Shown: positions 13,701 through 25,012 of the stretch, in pieces
How positions within the stretch are numbered: position 1 is the first letter of the stretch
Layout of the letters: each line of letters opens with the position of its first letter
From: Podarcis erhardii
Lineage: Eukaryota
Assembly: GCA_964252035.1 (NCBI GenBank)
Contig: OZ176216.1
Direction: 5' to 3' (one strand)
DNA length: 64,000 bases
The notes under the pieces: generated by a model
The model's input: the letters and a program-made list of their open reading frames with translations, nothing else
What the model was told of the DNA's origin: nothing
Databases searched by the model: none
Program-made: the position numbers and the translations under genes

Positions 13701-14271
13701 GTTTGCAGCAAAAATCAAAATGATATGCAGTTTTTCAGTTTTAAGCCACTAAAGATAAGTTTAATGCATTCTGTTGGCATAGGCAAGCACAACCTCTGTT
13801 TTAAATTTGCACTGGAAAGTGGTGTGATTGATTGTTGAGCAAGTATGCCTTGAAGTGACAGGAGGAGAAAATGGAGCTCAAGACTTGAGAGTTTCCTTTT
13901 TTGGTCTTTCTTCTGCAGTGTACTTGGATTACTTGTGAATTCAGAATTGTGTGTTAATGTGACTTGAGTTCCAGATTCCTTCTTATTGTTTTATCTCTTT
14001 GAAGCCCACTTATTCCCTATAGAGCACACTAGTTAGGGAGAGTATTTTTCGGTAAGCACTACTTGGAACTGCAGAACAACACTCTTCTAATCACAGTATG
14101 CACAGGACTCATTCGCACATTACAGAATGTCAAACCCAGATGCATTTTTGAGTGGGAGACCAAAGGTCGTTATGGCTTTCTTATAGGTATACATAACACA
14201 TGTGTCTGGAAAAATAAGTTAGTCCCCACATATGTTACACTTGGAAATGTGCTGGTCATATCTGTAGAGCA

Positions 14272-14405
14272 GCAGTAGGAACCTGCAGCTCTCCAGATCT
14301 TGTTGAATTCCCAACTCGCACCAGCTCCAGCCAACTTGGCCGTTGGTCAAAGCTGATGGGAGTTTGAAGTCCAGGAGTGTGTGGAAGGCCACAGTTTCCC
14401 CACTC
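14272..14405. mobile_element. Degenerate hAT (URR1-like) MITE
   Basis: ggaacctgcagctctccagat...gtgtggaaggccacagtttcccc imperfect TIRs; core resembles the 23861 copy. Confidence 0.55.
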
Positions 14406-14682
14406 CACCTGTAGAGAAACACTACTTATTCTAAAAAAAAATTACACACATGCACACACATCATAAGCCCTCAACGTGATAATTGAAGGGCACATGCAGG
14501 TACCAACTAGCTTTCTTATGTGAAAGTAAGAAATACTTTGTGAGACTAGGACATTCCTTCTTTTTGCAGATCACATTTTGGACTTCTAAAGTGCCTGTTT
14601 GAACAGCCAGTTGCAGAATTCAGTTGCTGTTTTCAGTGCCAACCTGTGTCTTTAGAGCAGCTGGGTGGAGGGAAACTCTGTA

Positions 14683-14908
14683 CAGTGGTACCTCGGGTCA
14701 CAGACGCTTCAGGTTGCAGACTCTGCTAACCCAGAAATAGTACCTCGGGTTAAGAACTTTACTTCAGAATGAGAACAGAAATCGTGTGGCAGCGGTGCGG
14801 CGGCAGTGGGAGACCCCATTAGCTAAAGCGGTACCTCAGGTTAACAACAGTTTCAGGTTAAGAACGGACCTCTAGAACGAATTAAGTTCTTAACCCAAGG
14901 TACCACTA
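14683..14908. mobile_element. Tc1/mariner MITE, family A, opposite orientation to 1898, 17249 and 23451
   Basis: TIRs CAGTGGTACCTCGGG...CCCAAGGTACCACTA, TA TSD. Confidence 0.9.
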
Positions 14909-15936
14909 TATGATGCATTAAGTTGGATTATTAGGGTTCTTGAAAGGCAACAATTGGCAGAAAGTAAACTGTCTTGGAAACCATTCCTGAGATGGATTTC
15001 TTCATCCCAAGAGCTGTATGTTTAAATCACTTTCTACCTTCAGTTGAGGTTATAAGGATCCTGGCAGCAAATTAACCGTTATTTGCTTAAAAAGGATACG
15101 CCTGTAGCTGGCTAAATCTTTTGTGACCTAGAGCTTGCATCTTGAGAGGCATAGATATTATAGAAAGGGGTTGGGATGGTGGGGGTGAGTGCAAACAGTG
15201 TGGCTCACCGTCAGCCTGTGCCATTAGGCTCTTTGTCTCATTTGGTGAGCCAGCTCTTCTAAATCTTCCCAGTAAGCCCCAGTAATGGCCATATTCTCTG
15301 GTGCTTGTGTGTACGTTTTAAGACCAAAACACTGCTTGTGTGAACGAATGTGGTGGTGGGTGCCCGAGGGTCCTTCCATAGTGTCATTCAAAACCAAGTT
15401 CTGTAGTTCAACAGGTATGTACTTTGCTCCGCACTGGGGAAGTCTCCAGTTAAATTAGTGTGTTCAACCCAGCACCATGAGAGGGCAGGTGGCTATACAG
15501 GTTAGTTTGTCCCAGAGTCTCCAGGCACATATCAGAGCAAGAAGAGTGCCAAGGGGAGGATAATCTTGACCTTTCCTACCCACTTGGGCTCTCTGGAGTT
15601 CTGTCGTGTTATTCAGGGTCGAAGTTTTGTAGAGGGCAGCCCTTGCAGGGCAGGAGTTTTAATTAAAGCAAACCTCATAGAGGAAACTATTGGGAGGTAG
15701 TTATGGCCGCTGAACTCCAGGGTAGGTCTGTCACTCAACACATTCTCTGACTACTCCACATTGACATGCTTCCAGCAGCTCCAAATGGGCACTCTCCAAA
15801 TGGACAGTGGACAAAGAGAAGGAATATAGAACCCAAGTGTTTCAAAATTCATAGGAGTTTTTAGTAGGTTGTAGGAGACTATCTCTTGAAGTCTATTTCT
15901 GTGTTATTCTGTGAGTCACTAAGAAGCATTGTATGT

Positions 15937-16283
15937 AGGTAAAGGACCCCTGGACGGTTAAGTCCAATCAAAGGCGAATATGGGGTGTGGTGCTCATCTT
16001 GGTTTTCAGGCCGAGGGAGCTGGCGTTTATCTGCAGACCAGCATGACTAAACTGATTCTGGTGCAACGTGGCAAGTGCCAGAGTGCACAGAAACGCCGTC
16101 TACCTTCCTGCCACAGTGGTACCTGTTTATCTACTTGCATTGGTGTGCTTTCGAACTGCTAGGTTGGCAGAAGCTGGGACAGAGCAACAGAAGCTCACCC
16201 CATCACGCGGATTCGAACTTGCAGCCTTCTGATCAGCAAGCCCAAGTGGCTCAGTGGCTTAGACCACAGCACCACCTGTTCCC
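15937..16283 (-). mobile_element. Sauria SINE
   Basis: aggtaaaggacccctgg tail, gtgctttcgaactgctaggttggcag core, tRNA-like head with B-box ggattcgaac. Confidence 0.88.
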
Positions 16284-16288
16284 TTATA

Positions 16289-16332
16289 TTGTTTGTTTGT
16301 TTGTTTGTTTGTTTGTTTGTTTGTTTGTTTGT
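16289..16332. repeat. (TTTG)n microsatellite
   Basis: Directly visible. Confidence 0.95.
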
Positions 16333-16793
16333 ATGTATTTTATTGGTAGACTGGGTTGTGGTGCTGATGGCCACTCTGAGTGCTGCTGAGGCCAGTGGTG
16401 GTAGGAAGGAGAGAGAAATTGCCAGGGGCTGATCTGAACATAGATAAGCTAGGAAAAGGCTGGTGCTTCAAATTCACTGATGAATCTGCTTAGGAGAGTG
16501 TCTTAAGAGCATGAGCTGTATGGTTGAAATGATGCCTTCTCTGTGGACTAATTTGGTAATACTATGAAAACCATTGTGTCTGTTCTCTCCCACTTGGGTC
16601 TGCAATATAGGAACACCCTGCAGGCTGTTGCAAGAATGTGAAGTCCTTTGAACATGTGTGATGCTCTACATAAATGTTGCTTGTGGTCTCTGTGTAGGTA
16701 CAAAACACATTTTTCTCTTTTGCATTTTGTCTCTCACTCACTCTCTCTTCCTAATTTTGCATGGTTCTTTGTCTCAGTCACCCTTCTTCAGCT

Positions 16794-16937
16794 ATGCGCC
16801 TTAGGAGGTTGCAGACTTCTTTGGGAAAGTGCAGGGGATTTGGAAGGGAGTTGCTGACTCCAGATGGCCATGATCGCTGTTTGTTCTGCTTGGGGGAAGA
16901 GCACATCCTGGACCCTTGTACTCATCGCCAACCGTTT
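16794..16937 (+). mobile_element. DIRS1-like gag N-terminal zinc-finger relic
   Basis: KCRGFGRELLTPDGHDRCLFCLGEEHILDPCTHR fits CxxC-D-x-H-xx-CLxCLGExH-CxxC. The two missing Cys are TTT and CGC, each one change from a Cys codon. Confidence 0.6.
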
Positions 16938-17027
16938 TTTTAAAAGTTAAGAAAAAGAAAAATTTAGCACACAAACAAATTTATTTTGCAATATTTTTTG
17001 TTTGTTTGTTTTTGGGGTGCTTATATA

Positions 17028-17246
17028 CAGTCGTACCATGGATCTCGAACGTCTTGGTACTCAACGACGCAAACCTAGAAGTGAGTGTTCCGGTTTGTGA
17101 ATGTTCTTTGGAATCCAAACACCCATGGCTTTTGATTGGCTGCAGGAGTTTCCTGCAGCCAATCAGAAGCCGCTTTGGTTTCCGAATGTTTTGGAAGTCG
17201 AACGGACTTCTGGAACGGATTCCGTTCCACTTCCAAGGTACGACTG
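17028..17246. mobile_element. Tc1/mariner MITE, family C
   Basis: TIRs CAGTCGTACC...GGTACGACTG, TA TSD. Confidence 0.9.
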
Positions 17247-17248
17247 TA

Positions 17249-17474
17249 CAGTGGTAACTCGGGTTAAGTACTTAATTCGTTCCGGAGGTCCGTTCTTAAG
17301 CTGAAACTGTTCTTAACCTGAAGCACCACTTTAGCTAATGGGGCCTCCTCCTGCCGCCGTGCCGTCAGAGCATGATTTCTGTTCTCATCATGAAGCAAAG
17401 TTCTTAACCTGAAGCACTATTACTGGGTTATCGGAGTCTGTAACCTGAAGCGTATGTAACACGAGGTACCACTG
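17249..17474. mobile_element. Tc1/mariner MITE, family A
   Basis: TIRs CAGTGGTAACTCG...CGAGGTACCACTG, TA TSD shared with the preceding MITE. Confidence 0.9.
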
Positions 17475-19039
17475 TACTATTTTTTCAGGTGGACCTTGCA
17501 AAGTTGTTTACATAAAATTTACAATAATAAGCATAATTTAAAACTTTAGAGTAGAACAGAAGAAACACTTGTTTGGAAGAATCTGTTTCTGTTTTCTTAT
17601 CGGATCCCCTCAGGGCTCGTGGATTTTTCAGGATCCTTGTGGTGGCCGCTGTGAGAGGGAGAGGCCACTTTTGGGACTGGGAATAGTGGCAACTCCCAGC
17701 GGCTGGTGTTTCTTCTTCACATTCCTTAGAGCAGGAACGGGGAAGCGGTGTAACCACTTTACCCTCCCTTGAGCTGCTTTGCAAGAGTGTGCCCTCACCA
17801 TGTCCAAATCTATAACTGATGCACTCCATGCTTCATTTTCTGTGACCAGCACCAAAACATCACCTGCCCTGTCACTTCCAGCTTTGCTGAACCCTATAAG
17901 TTCTGCTTCCTTAACACTGGCTACAGTATCTAATATGTCCACCAGCACAGAGGTAAAAAATATAGCCCCCAGGAAAAGGATTATGCGTCCCGTTCCTCCT
18001 CTTCCACTTTTCTTCCTTATAGCCTCCCAAGGCTGCTTTTCTTTGGAAAAAGAATAAACTAGTTGGGTCTTCATTACACTCATTTGCATATGTCTAATTT
18101 ACTCCTCTGCAAGATAAAAATAGGTATAAAGAAAGTATGGTCGTGTCAGAATGGAATAATTCTATGACTTACTCGATAGAAGAAAGTGTGTTTATTGATC
18201 AGGTTTGAGTAGTCTCTCTTAAAAGCAATCTGTCCCCTGACATTTTCCATAAGTGATTGAGGGGGGAAATAGTTTCCCATTCTGTCATTTCTGGACAGCG
18301 CTAACTTACTGTTTCATAACTGATGGCACAATATTAGTGTGTTCTGAAATATGTGCAGTTTGAGAGATTGACTCATAAAGCTGTGTGAAAAGAATTGATT
18401 CTGACGTCTGTGGATTCAACAGCCTTTTCCAAGTGCAGCTTGCCCTGTAAACAATAGTGAAGGCAGCCCATCAGCATTCGCACACAGGAGCGGTGGTGGT
18501 TTCGTTTTTGTTTCAAGTCTGCCATAGTGAGCAGTAAGGCTTAAGAAAAGACCCGGGTACCTTAGGGGAAGTTAGTATATTGTGTCATCTTGCTACTGGA
18601 AGGAAACGTAGACTTAAAAGCATTAAAGGGGAGGAGATCTTTGCAAGTGTTGGAGGGGGGGGGGAGCACTCTCACCCTGTGAAAAGGATCTGTGATCACA
18701 GGCCAGAGAGCTTGCTAAGCCGGCTTGCGGGTTCTTTTCTGCCAGTATTTGGGCACTGTTGCATTTGGGTGGCCCTTGGACTGTAGTACGAAGGGAGGCA
18801 CCTTCTGGTGCCATTCAGAGGGCCACCCTTACCCTGTGCCACCCAGGAAGAGCATCATTGCAAGGGGAGGACTTTCCCATCCCCACTCCTTGCCTGGAGA
18901 AGGAGCAGCTGTAGGAACACTTTGCTCCAAGTGCTGCTGTGGCCGTTGCAGTAATATCCTGTGCAGGAAGGCCATCGACATGGCCCCACCTGCCAGCAAA
19001 CAACTCAATACTTTTGTTTTTTTTCATTGCCAAAATTGA

Positions 19040-19735
19040 TATTATTTATTTATTTAATGATTTTCAGTGTTATGCATTTCAATAATTTTACAATCATTTA
19101 AACATTTCAAAACTCCACTTCCTTCCCCCTCTTTCTGTGGTTCCTTAAATTTATTTTTTATATTTTCTGCAAGTTCCAAATTAACTCAATTTACTCATTT
19201 ATTCCTCTATTTTAAATATATACAGTCACACCTCTGGTTGTGAACGTGATCCGTGCGGGAGGCATGTTCGCAATCCGCAGCATTCGCAGCCTGAAGCGCC
19301 GCGTCTGCACACATGCATGACGCGATTCGGCGCTTCTGCACATGTGCGTGATGTCATTTTTGTGCTTCTGCGTGAGCGCCGAAACCCGGAAGTAACCCGT
19401 TCCAGTACTTCTGGGTTTGGCGCAGTCTGCAACCGAAAAACGCGCAACCCGCAGCGTTCGTGACCTGAGGTATGACTGTACTCTTTAAAACTGCAGGTTT
19501 ATTACAATAATCCTGCTAATGTTCTTATCTGTTTGCAGCTTATTTGTAAATATTCAATGAACCATTTCCATTCTTTTATATAAAAAAAAGTTTGTTGTCT
19601 TGATTTCTTACTTTACCAGTAAGTTTCGCCATTTCTGCATATCCCGTAAGTTTTTGTATCCATTCTTCTTTCGCTGGGACTTCTTCATTCCATTGCCAAA
19701 ATTTATATGTATCCTCTGCCTTTCCCCCTACCCTT
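19040..19735 (-). mobile_element. L1 LINE 3' end (ORF2 C-terminus plus 3' UTR), interrupted by a MITE
   Basis: Minus strand WNEEVPAKEEWIQKLTGYAEMAKLTGKVRNQDNK..KEWKWFIEYLQ resembles the squamate L1 ORF2 end; (TTTA)n tail near 19045. Confidence 0.7.
19223..19478. mobile_element. Tc1/mariner MITE, family D, inserted in L1
   Basis: TIRs CAGTCACACCTC...GAGGTATGACTG, TA TSD, CpG-rich. Confidence 0.9.
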
Positions 19736-20239
19736 CTGTGTCTTACACTTTTAGTTTATAAGCCTGAAGATGGGGCACGTGTATTATTATAATAATTATT
19801 ATTACCGCTCCTACTAATGTGAGCTGCTTTAAGAGACAATATTTGTCTGAAAAGTATGGTAGTATGGCTGTATTATTTTTGGTAACATAAAATCATTCAA
19901 TAAAAATTATTTATAAAAAAAAGAAAGAAAAAGAAAAGCAGGACAAAAAACATTTTTGAAGCAATTCTCTTACTTCAACGCATGCTCTTTGTGTCCCTCT
20001 CCCTCTCAAGCCCCTTTGCAAATCTATTTACATGCACTACAACCTGCATTTGTCCTTTTTTGACTCAGACTACAAGTCCCCCTGGACCAGAGCTTAGGTT
20101 ACTTTTGTACATCCTTAGTACTGTGTTGGCACTGGGGGAACATGTAGTGACAGTAGCAACAGCAATCCTGGTGCCAGATAAGCACCTGAAACTCAGACCC
20201 ACCCACCCCGTTATGTGTGTGTGAGTGTTTGGTGGGCAG

Positions 20240-21130
20240 CCAAGATGGTTACTTTTTAATTTTTAAAAATACATGAAAGTAAACAATAAATCTACCCATT
20301 CTTCCAAGTATCTGCATAGTGAAATCAACAACCTGCATTAAATTTCAAATCATATCTAAGCCATGTTCATTCTGAGTTGTGTAGGTCTCACTCAATTTCA
20401 GCATGACATAAAAGGGTCCAGTTCTGCCTAAATATATCTCCTGCATGAACTTTCCATCCACAAGCATGTTTGTTCATCAACATAATGTTCCAAAATTATA
20501 ACCTTCAATAAATAAAATTGCCATCGAATTATATTTGAAACTCCTGGCAAATGCTGTTGGAGGTACTATCAGGATCTCATATACCTTGGGTTACAGCCGC
20601 TTCAGGTTGCGTTTTTTCAGGTTACGGACTGCCGAAACCCGGAAGTACCAGAATGGGTTACTTCCAGGTTTCGGCTTTCGCGCATGCGCAGAAGCGCCAA
20701 ATCGCAACCCACGCTTGCACAGACGCGGGTTGCGAACACTGCGGGTTGCAAACGTGCATCCCGCACGGATCACGTTCACAACCCGAGCGTCCACTGTACT
20801 ACAGTTTTGTTGATTTTTGCAAAACATCATTCAAATAGTTCTTTAACTACATTCACTCCGTATGTGGGCAAATGTACCCCGGTAGTTTCTCCACAGAGAA
20901 CTGAAACATTCTGACTTGGAACACTCAAAACTTGGAGATTTTGGAGGAAGCACAAAGGAGGGAGTGCCCAGATGTGTCTGAGCAAACTTGACAATGCAGT
21001 TTTGATGTCAAAATACAAGGTTGGAACACTAACACCATACAGCTGTTCCAGAAGCAAGTGTATAGCATCTTGACACATGTTTCTTGTTTGATTCATACTT
21101 ATAAAACCAGACTTGCTCAACCTCAGTAAG
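20240..21130 (-). mobile_element. Old L1/Tx1-like ORF2 relic, interrupted by a MITE
   Basis: LLRLSKSGF....DAIHLLLE resembles a decayed cysteine-rich C-terminal region; T-rich tail near 20250. Confidence 0.35.
20577..20796. mobile_element. Tc1/mariner MITE, family D, inverted relative to 19223; left TIR degenerate
   Basis: Reverse complement aligns to the 19223 copy (e.g. gcacggatcacgttcacaacc); right end CCACTG-TA. Confidence 0.85.
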
Positions 21131-23101
21131 TTATTTGCAAATGCCATTCTCTTTGATTTCCTTGCTGGGCGGGCCTGTGCGCCAGAAAAAAATAGGTCAG
21201 GAACAGTAATCTAAATCTTCTTCTGATAAATAATTAAAGCTAATGGAATTTTCACAAGATCTGTGGCCTAAAATTCTTAAAGCACCAGTGTGCTCTTTTT
21301 CTGCTAATGTAAAAGTTAAGTTTGGGGTTTTTTAAGCCAGAAGAAGTAGCTAGCGACAGAGATGTAATTGAAAAATAGTGTAATTTTATTTTGCTGTAGC
21401 ATGGAATAGATTTCTGGGGAGGGCAGTGTATATACTCATTGTTAGAAATAAGTATTTCAGTAAATGAATTGATCGTTGACTGGTTGGGCACATAATGAAC
21501 GGCCCAGTGGTTCATTCTGCCTTGGGGGTAGTGCCGCCTGCTGCTTTTTCTTACTCTTCCCTTTCTTCTTGACCTGTAAATATGCAAATAGATGTTCTGG
21601 AAGATCCTATAGTTCTCCCAAGACGCACTCTTCACAAAGGCCTGCCCCATTTATGGGCAGCAAAACAATGTGTATTTATTGAGCAGCCAGGTTGTTTTAG
21701 CATGTGGTTTAATATTAATGGGAGCTTGTTGCCATTAAATACTTGGTGGTGAGTGCTGGGATTTCACTTAGTTGGCTATATAAAAGGGAAATATTCATGG
21801 GGGGAGGGAGGCCAGGATGACTGCCCTTCTGTCTGCTCCATGTATTCATTTATGTTTAAATTCTATCCCTTATTTTCACTACATTGGGCTGGCAAGGCAA
21901 CTAACACCCTCCCTCTCTGGTTCTTTGGGACAGCCAGTCAGCTGCTGTCTCTATGGGTGGTTTTTTGGTTTTTTTTTAAGGTGCAATACGTGGAGGCTGT
22001 TTGCTCTATTCTTGTTATGAATTTATATGCAGGAAATGCTTCTCTGTTCTTCAACAACCTATGGCACTAATAAGCAAACTGTGTGTTCCATAGTAGGATG
22101 ACAAGCACATCACAAGAATAAACAAACTTTGAAATATTCCTGAAAGTCCAAAATACCCATCCACGCAGAGGCTGCCCACTGTATCTCTCGGTGACTACCG
22201 TAGCTGCTCTGACCTCAGCTCCATAAATTCGGCCTCCTTTGATTCAATTGCTCTTGATGCAAAGACCCAGCAGAATCATGTGCTCTGAGAAGGAGTACCC
22301 GTCACCTCTCTGCTTGAGTTGTTTTCTGCCTCTGCCAAAAGAGTGACTCGTGCAGAGACCCACAAGGACAACTCTGTGGGTGAACATTTACTTCTCCATC
22401 CAGGCTTTAAATGCCTTGGGGAACATGTGCTTCTATGTCAAGCTATTAGAATTATGGGGAACTCTGGCTCACACCCTTTGTAAGCATTTTGTCTCCAAGA
22501 AATGGTGTGTTCCTGCCGTCCGTCCATCCCCCTCCGTTTTAAAGAGGTAGTGTATGCTCAGTACATGCTGGTTCTTCTCTTCATGTGGCCTGAGCGAGCA
22601 AAATACCTCCCCTCCTCGATAAGTTGCTCTCAAGTTCTTGTCAGAAAGCATCTGGAATCATAATGTTCAGCCTTGGCCAATTTTCAGTGTAGGGTCACTT
22701 GCTAGTTCCTTATTAAATGTCTCCTAACAAGGGAGGAAATGCAAAAGGGGTAGACAGTCAGAAAACTGGAGCGTCTCCTGCGTGATGAACCAGCTCCACA
22801 ATTGGATGCGACAGCTGAACTAATGATGTCACTGACGCTGATGTGACCGGGCTGCTTCTCTCCACCCCCCTCCTCATCAGTACTCCAACTCTCTCCAGCC
22901 AGTGTGCAGGACGTTTGCAGAGAGAGAGAGAAATGAACCACGGCAGAGTCAGGGAATCCAGGAGCCTCTTCCTTCCAAATTCATTTTGCTTACAGATACA
23001 ATACTTTACGGATGAGAACCCTGTCTAGGTCGTAGGATCCCCGGAGGGTCATTTTGTCAAATGAGGGCTGCAAATAGCTGGAGAATTCTGGAAGACAAAC
23101 T

Positions 23102-23103
<2 letters not shown>

Positions 23104-23166
<63 letters not shown>

Positions 23167-23175
23167 TGTGTGTGT
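23104..23175. repeat. Compound (CT)n(GT)n microsatellite
   Basis: Directly visible. Confidence 0.95.
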
Positions 23176-23450
23176 ACACATACTGGGGAGGGGGACAACC
23201 ATAGCAGGCAAGACCATTTAGGGATCAAAAGGTTTTCCACAGCTGTCGACAGAAAGCAAAAAGGTGAAGTTGTCCACCTGACCCATCATAGTGAAATTGA
23301 AACAGAAGGTGCAAAATCTGTATTTTTAGGTGGCTCTTGAATAATTTGCAACAGAATCAGCTGTATGGAATCAAGGCACCGTATCATTTTGTCAGTCCCT
23401 CTCTTCCAAACAGGAGGTCTTGTATCTACAGTGCCCCTAATATATGCATA

Positions 23451-23670
23451 CAGTGGTACCTCTGGTTAAGAATTTAATTTGTTCCGGAGGCCCATTCTTA
23501 ACCTGAAACTGTTCTTTACCTGAGGTACTACTTTAGCTAATGGGGCCTCCCACCGCCGCGCCGTCACACAATTTCTGTTCTCATCCTGAAGTAATGTTCT
23601 TAACCTGAGGTATTACTTCCGAGTTAGCGGAGTCTGTAACCTGAAGCGTTTGTAACCCTAGGTACCACTG
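23451..23670. mobile_element. Tc1/mariner MITE, family A
   Basis: TIRs CAGTGGTACC...GGTACCACTG, TA TSD. Confidence 0.9.
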
Positions 23671-23860
23671 TACTGACCTCTACAGCTAGAATGAATGAGC
23701 AGGCTATTCACCTCTTGGCAGGCTAGTAAAAAGTGTGCCTTCTACCAAGTGGGCTGGCTGAGAAATGACCGAGCCATTTGCTCCTCCTCCACTGGCCCGC
23801 TTGCTTGGTCATCAGCATGGAATTCCTGGTCACCTGTGGAAGCTAGGTGAATGGTTAAGC

Positions 23861-23996
23861 CAGGCTTCCCCAACTTCGGCCCTCCAGAAGTTTTGAGACT
23901 ACAATTCTCATCATCCCTGACCACTCGTCCTGCTAGCTAGGGACCATCTGACTTGTAGGCCAAAAACATCTGGAGGGCCAAGGTTGAGGAAGCCTG
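23861..23996. mobile_element. hAT (URR1/Charlie-like) MITE with 8-bp TSD
   Basis: TIRs CAGGCTTCCCCAACTTCGGCCCTCCAGA / TCTGGAGGGCCAAGGTTGAGGAAGCCTG; flanks ggttaagc and ggttaggc (7/8 match). Confidence 0.88.
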
Positions 23997-24526
23997 GGTT
24001 AGGCAGAGTGGTACTGACTGATGAGTTTGGGAGGTGGAGGAGACTGGTTTCTTACATTTATTCCTTATAGCTTCCCCATCGTCTTCGATACCTCTCAGCT
24101 ACTTACATTGAACATTTGCCTGCCTGCAGTCACAAGTTCAGTTTGGCAGCAGAGGCTGGCCTGTAACAACGTAAAACTTAAAAGACACACCTTTTGATGT
24201 CAACCTTGAGCGCCCCAGATTCAGTCCATAGCATCTCCATCTTAAAAGATTATGGTAGCAGGCTGGGAAAGCTTTCGAAGGACATATGCAAGTTAGAGTG
24301 CACAGCACTGGCTCAGATGGACTAACAATCCGACTAGGTAGAAAACTGCTTCCCATGTTTGGATGACTGGTTTTCAATCGGGATGATTGGATTCCCTCTG
24401 TTAATACTTTTTAAAAATTGGTTATTCTGATATCCCTTGACTTCCACTCAGTTTGGATTTCAGCAGGATTTCCTGATTTTTAAATGCTAGTAATGGATTG
24501 CACATGTATTATCTCAGTAGTGGAGG

Positions 24527-24537
24527 GTGTGTGTGTA

Positions 24538-24568
<31 letters not shown>
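24527..24568. repeat. Interrupted (GT)n microsatellite
   Basis: Directly visible. Confidence 0.93.
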
Positions 24569-24573
<5 letters not shown>

Positions 24574-24925
24574 ACAGACTTGTGCAATTCTGTGGTGGGG
24601 AATTAAGTGCTTCTGTGAACTGAAAGGATGGCTGTTGGGAATGTCGAGATCACAGCAGTGGGGAAAAGTTAAACTCCTCCTCTCTCCCTGCCATAGTCTC
24701 AATTTCTAAAAACTGTGTGTTGTCACATTTCCTTTGACCAAGAAACTGAGATGGGAAGCCTGTGGTCCTTAAGATGGACTCCAGCTGCCGTCATCGGTGA
24801 CCATTGAGCATGCTGGCTGGGACTGATGAGAGTCGGAGTAAAACAGCATGTTGAGGGCCACAGATTCTTCATCCGTGCCGTCAAACATCTCCATATATTA
24901 TAATTTCCTTTTTGGGTGGAGAAGG

Positions 24926-24927
<2 letters not shown>

Positions 24928-24962
<35 letters not shown>

Positions 24963-25012
24963 CATTTGCTTTGTTAAAGAGAGAGACACAGAGAGAAACA
25001 GAGAGAGAGAGA
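24928..25012. repeat. (GT)n followed by an AG-rich simple repeat
   Basis: Directly visible. Confidence 0.9.

Noticed and set aside
17628-18089. 153-aa minus-strand ORF
   Set aside because: No recognisable homology and no splice or Kozak support.
22996-23028. 33-nt poison micro-exon candidate (IQYFTDENPV-stop)
   Set aside because: The acceptor is plausible but the donor GTCGTA is very weak. Such pseudo-exons are common.
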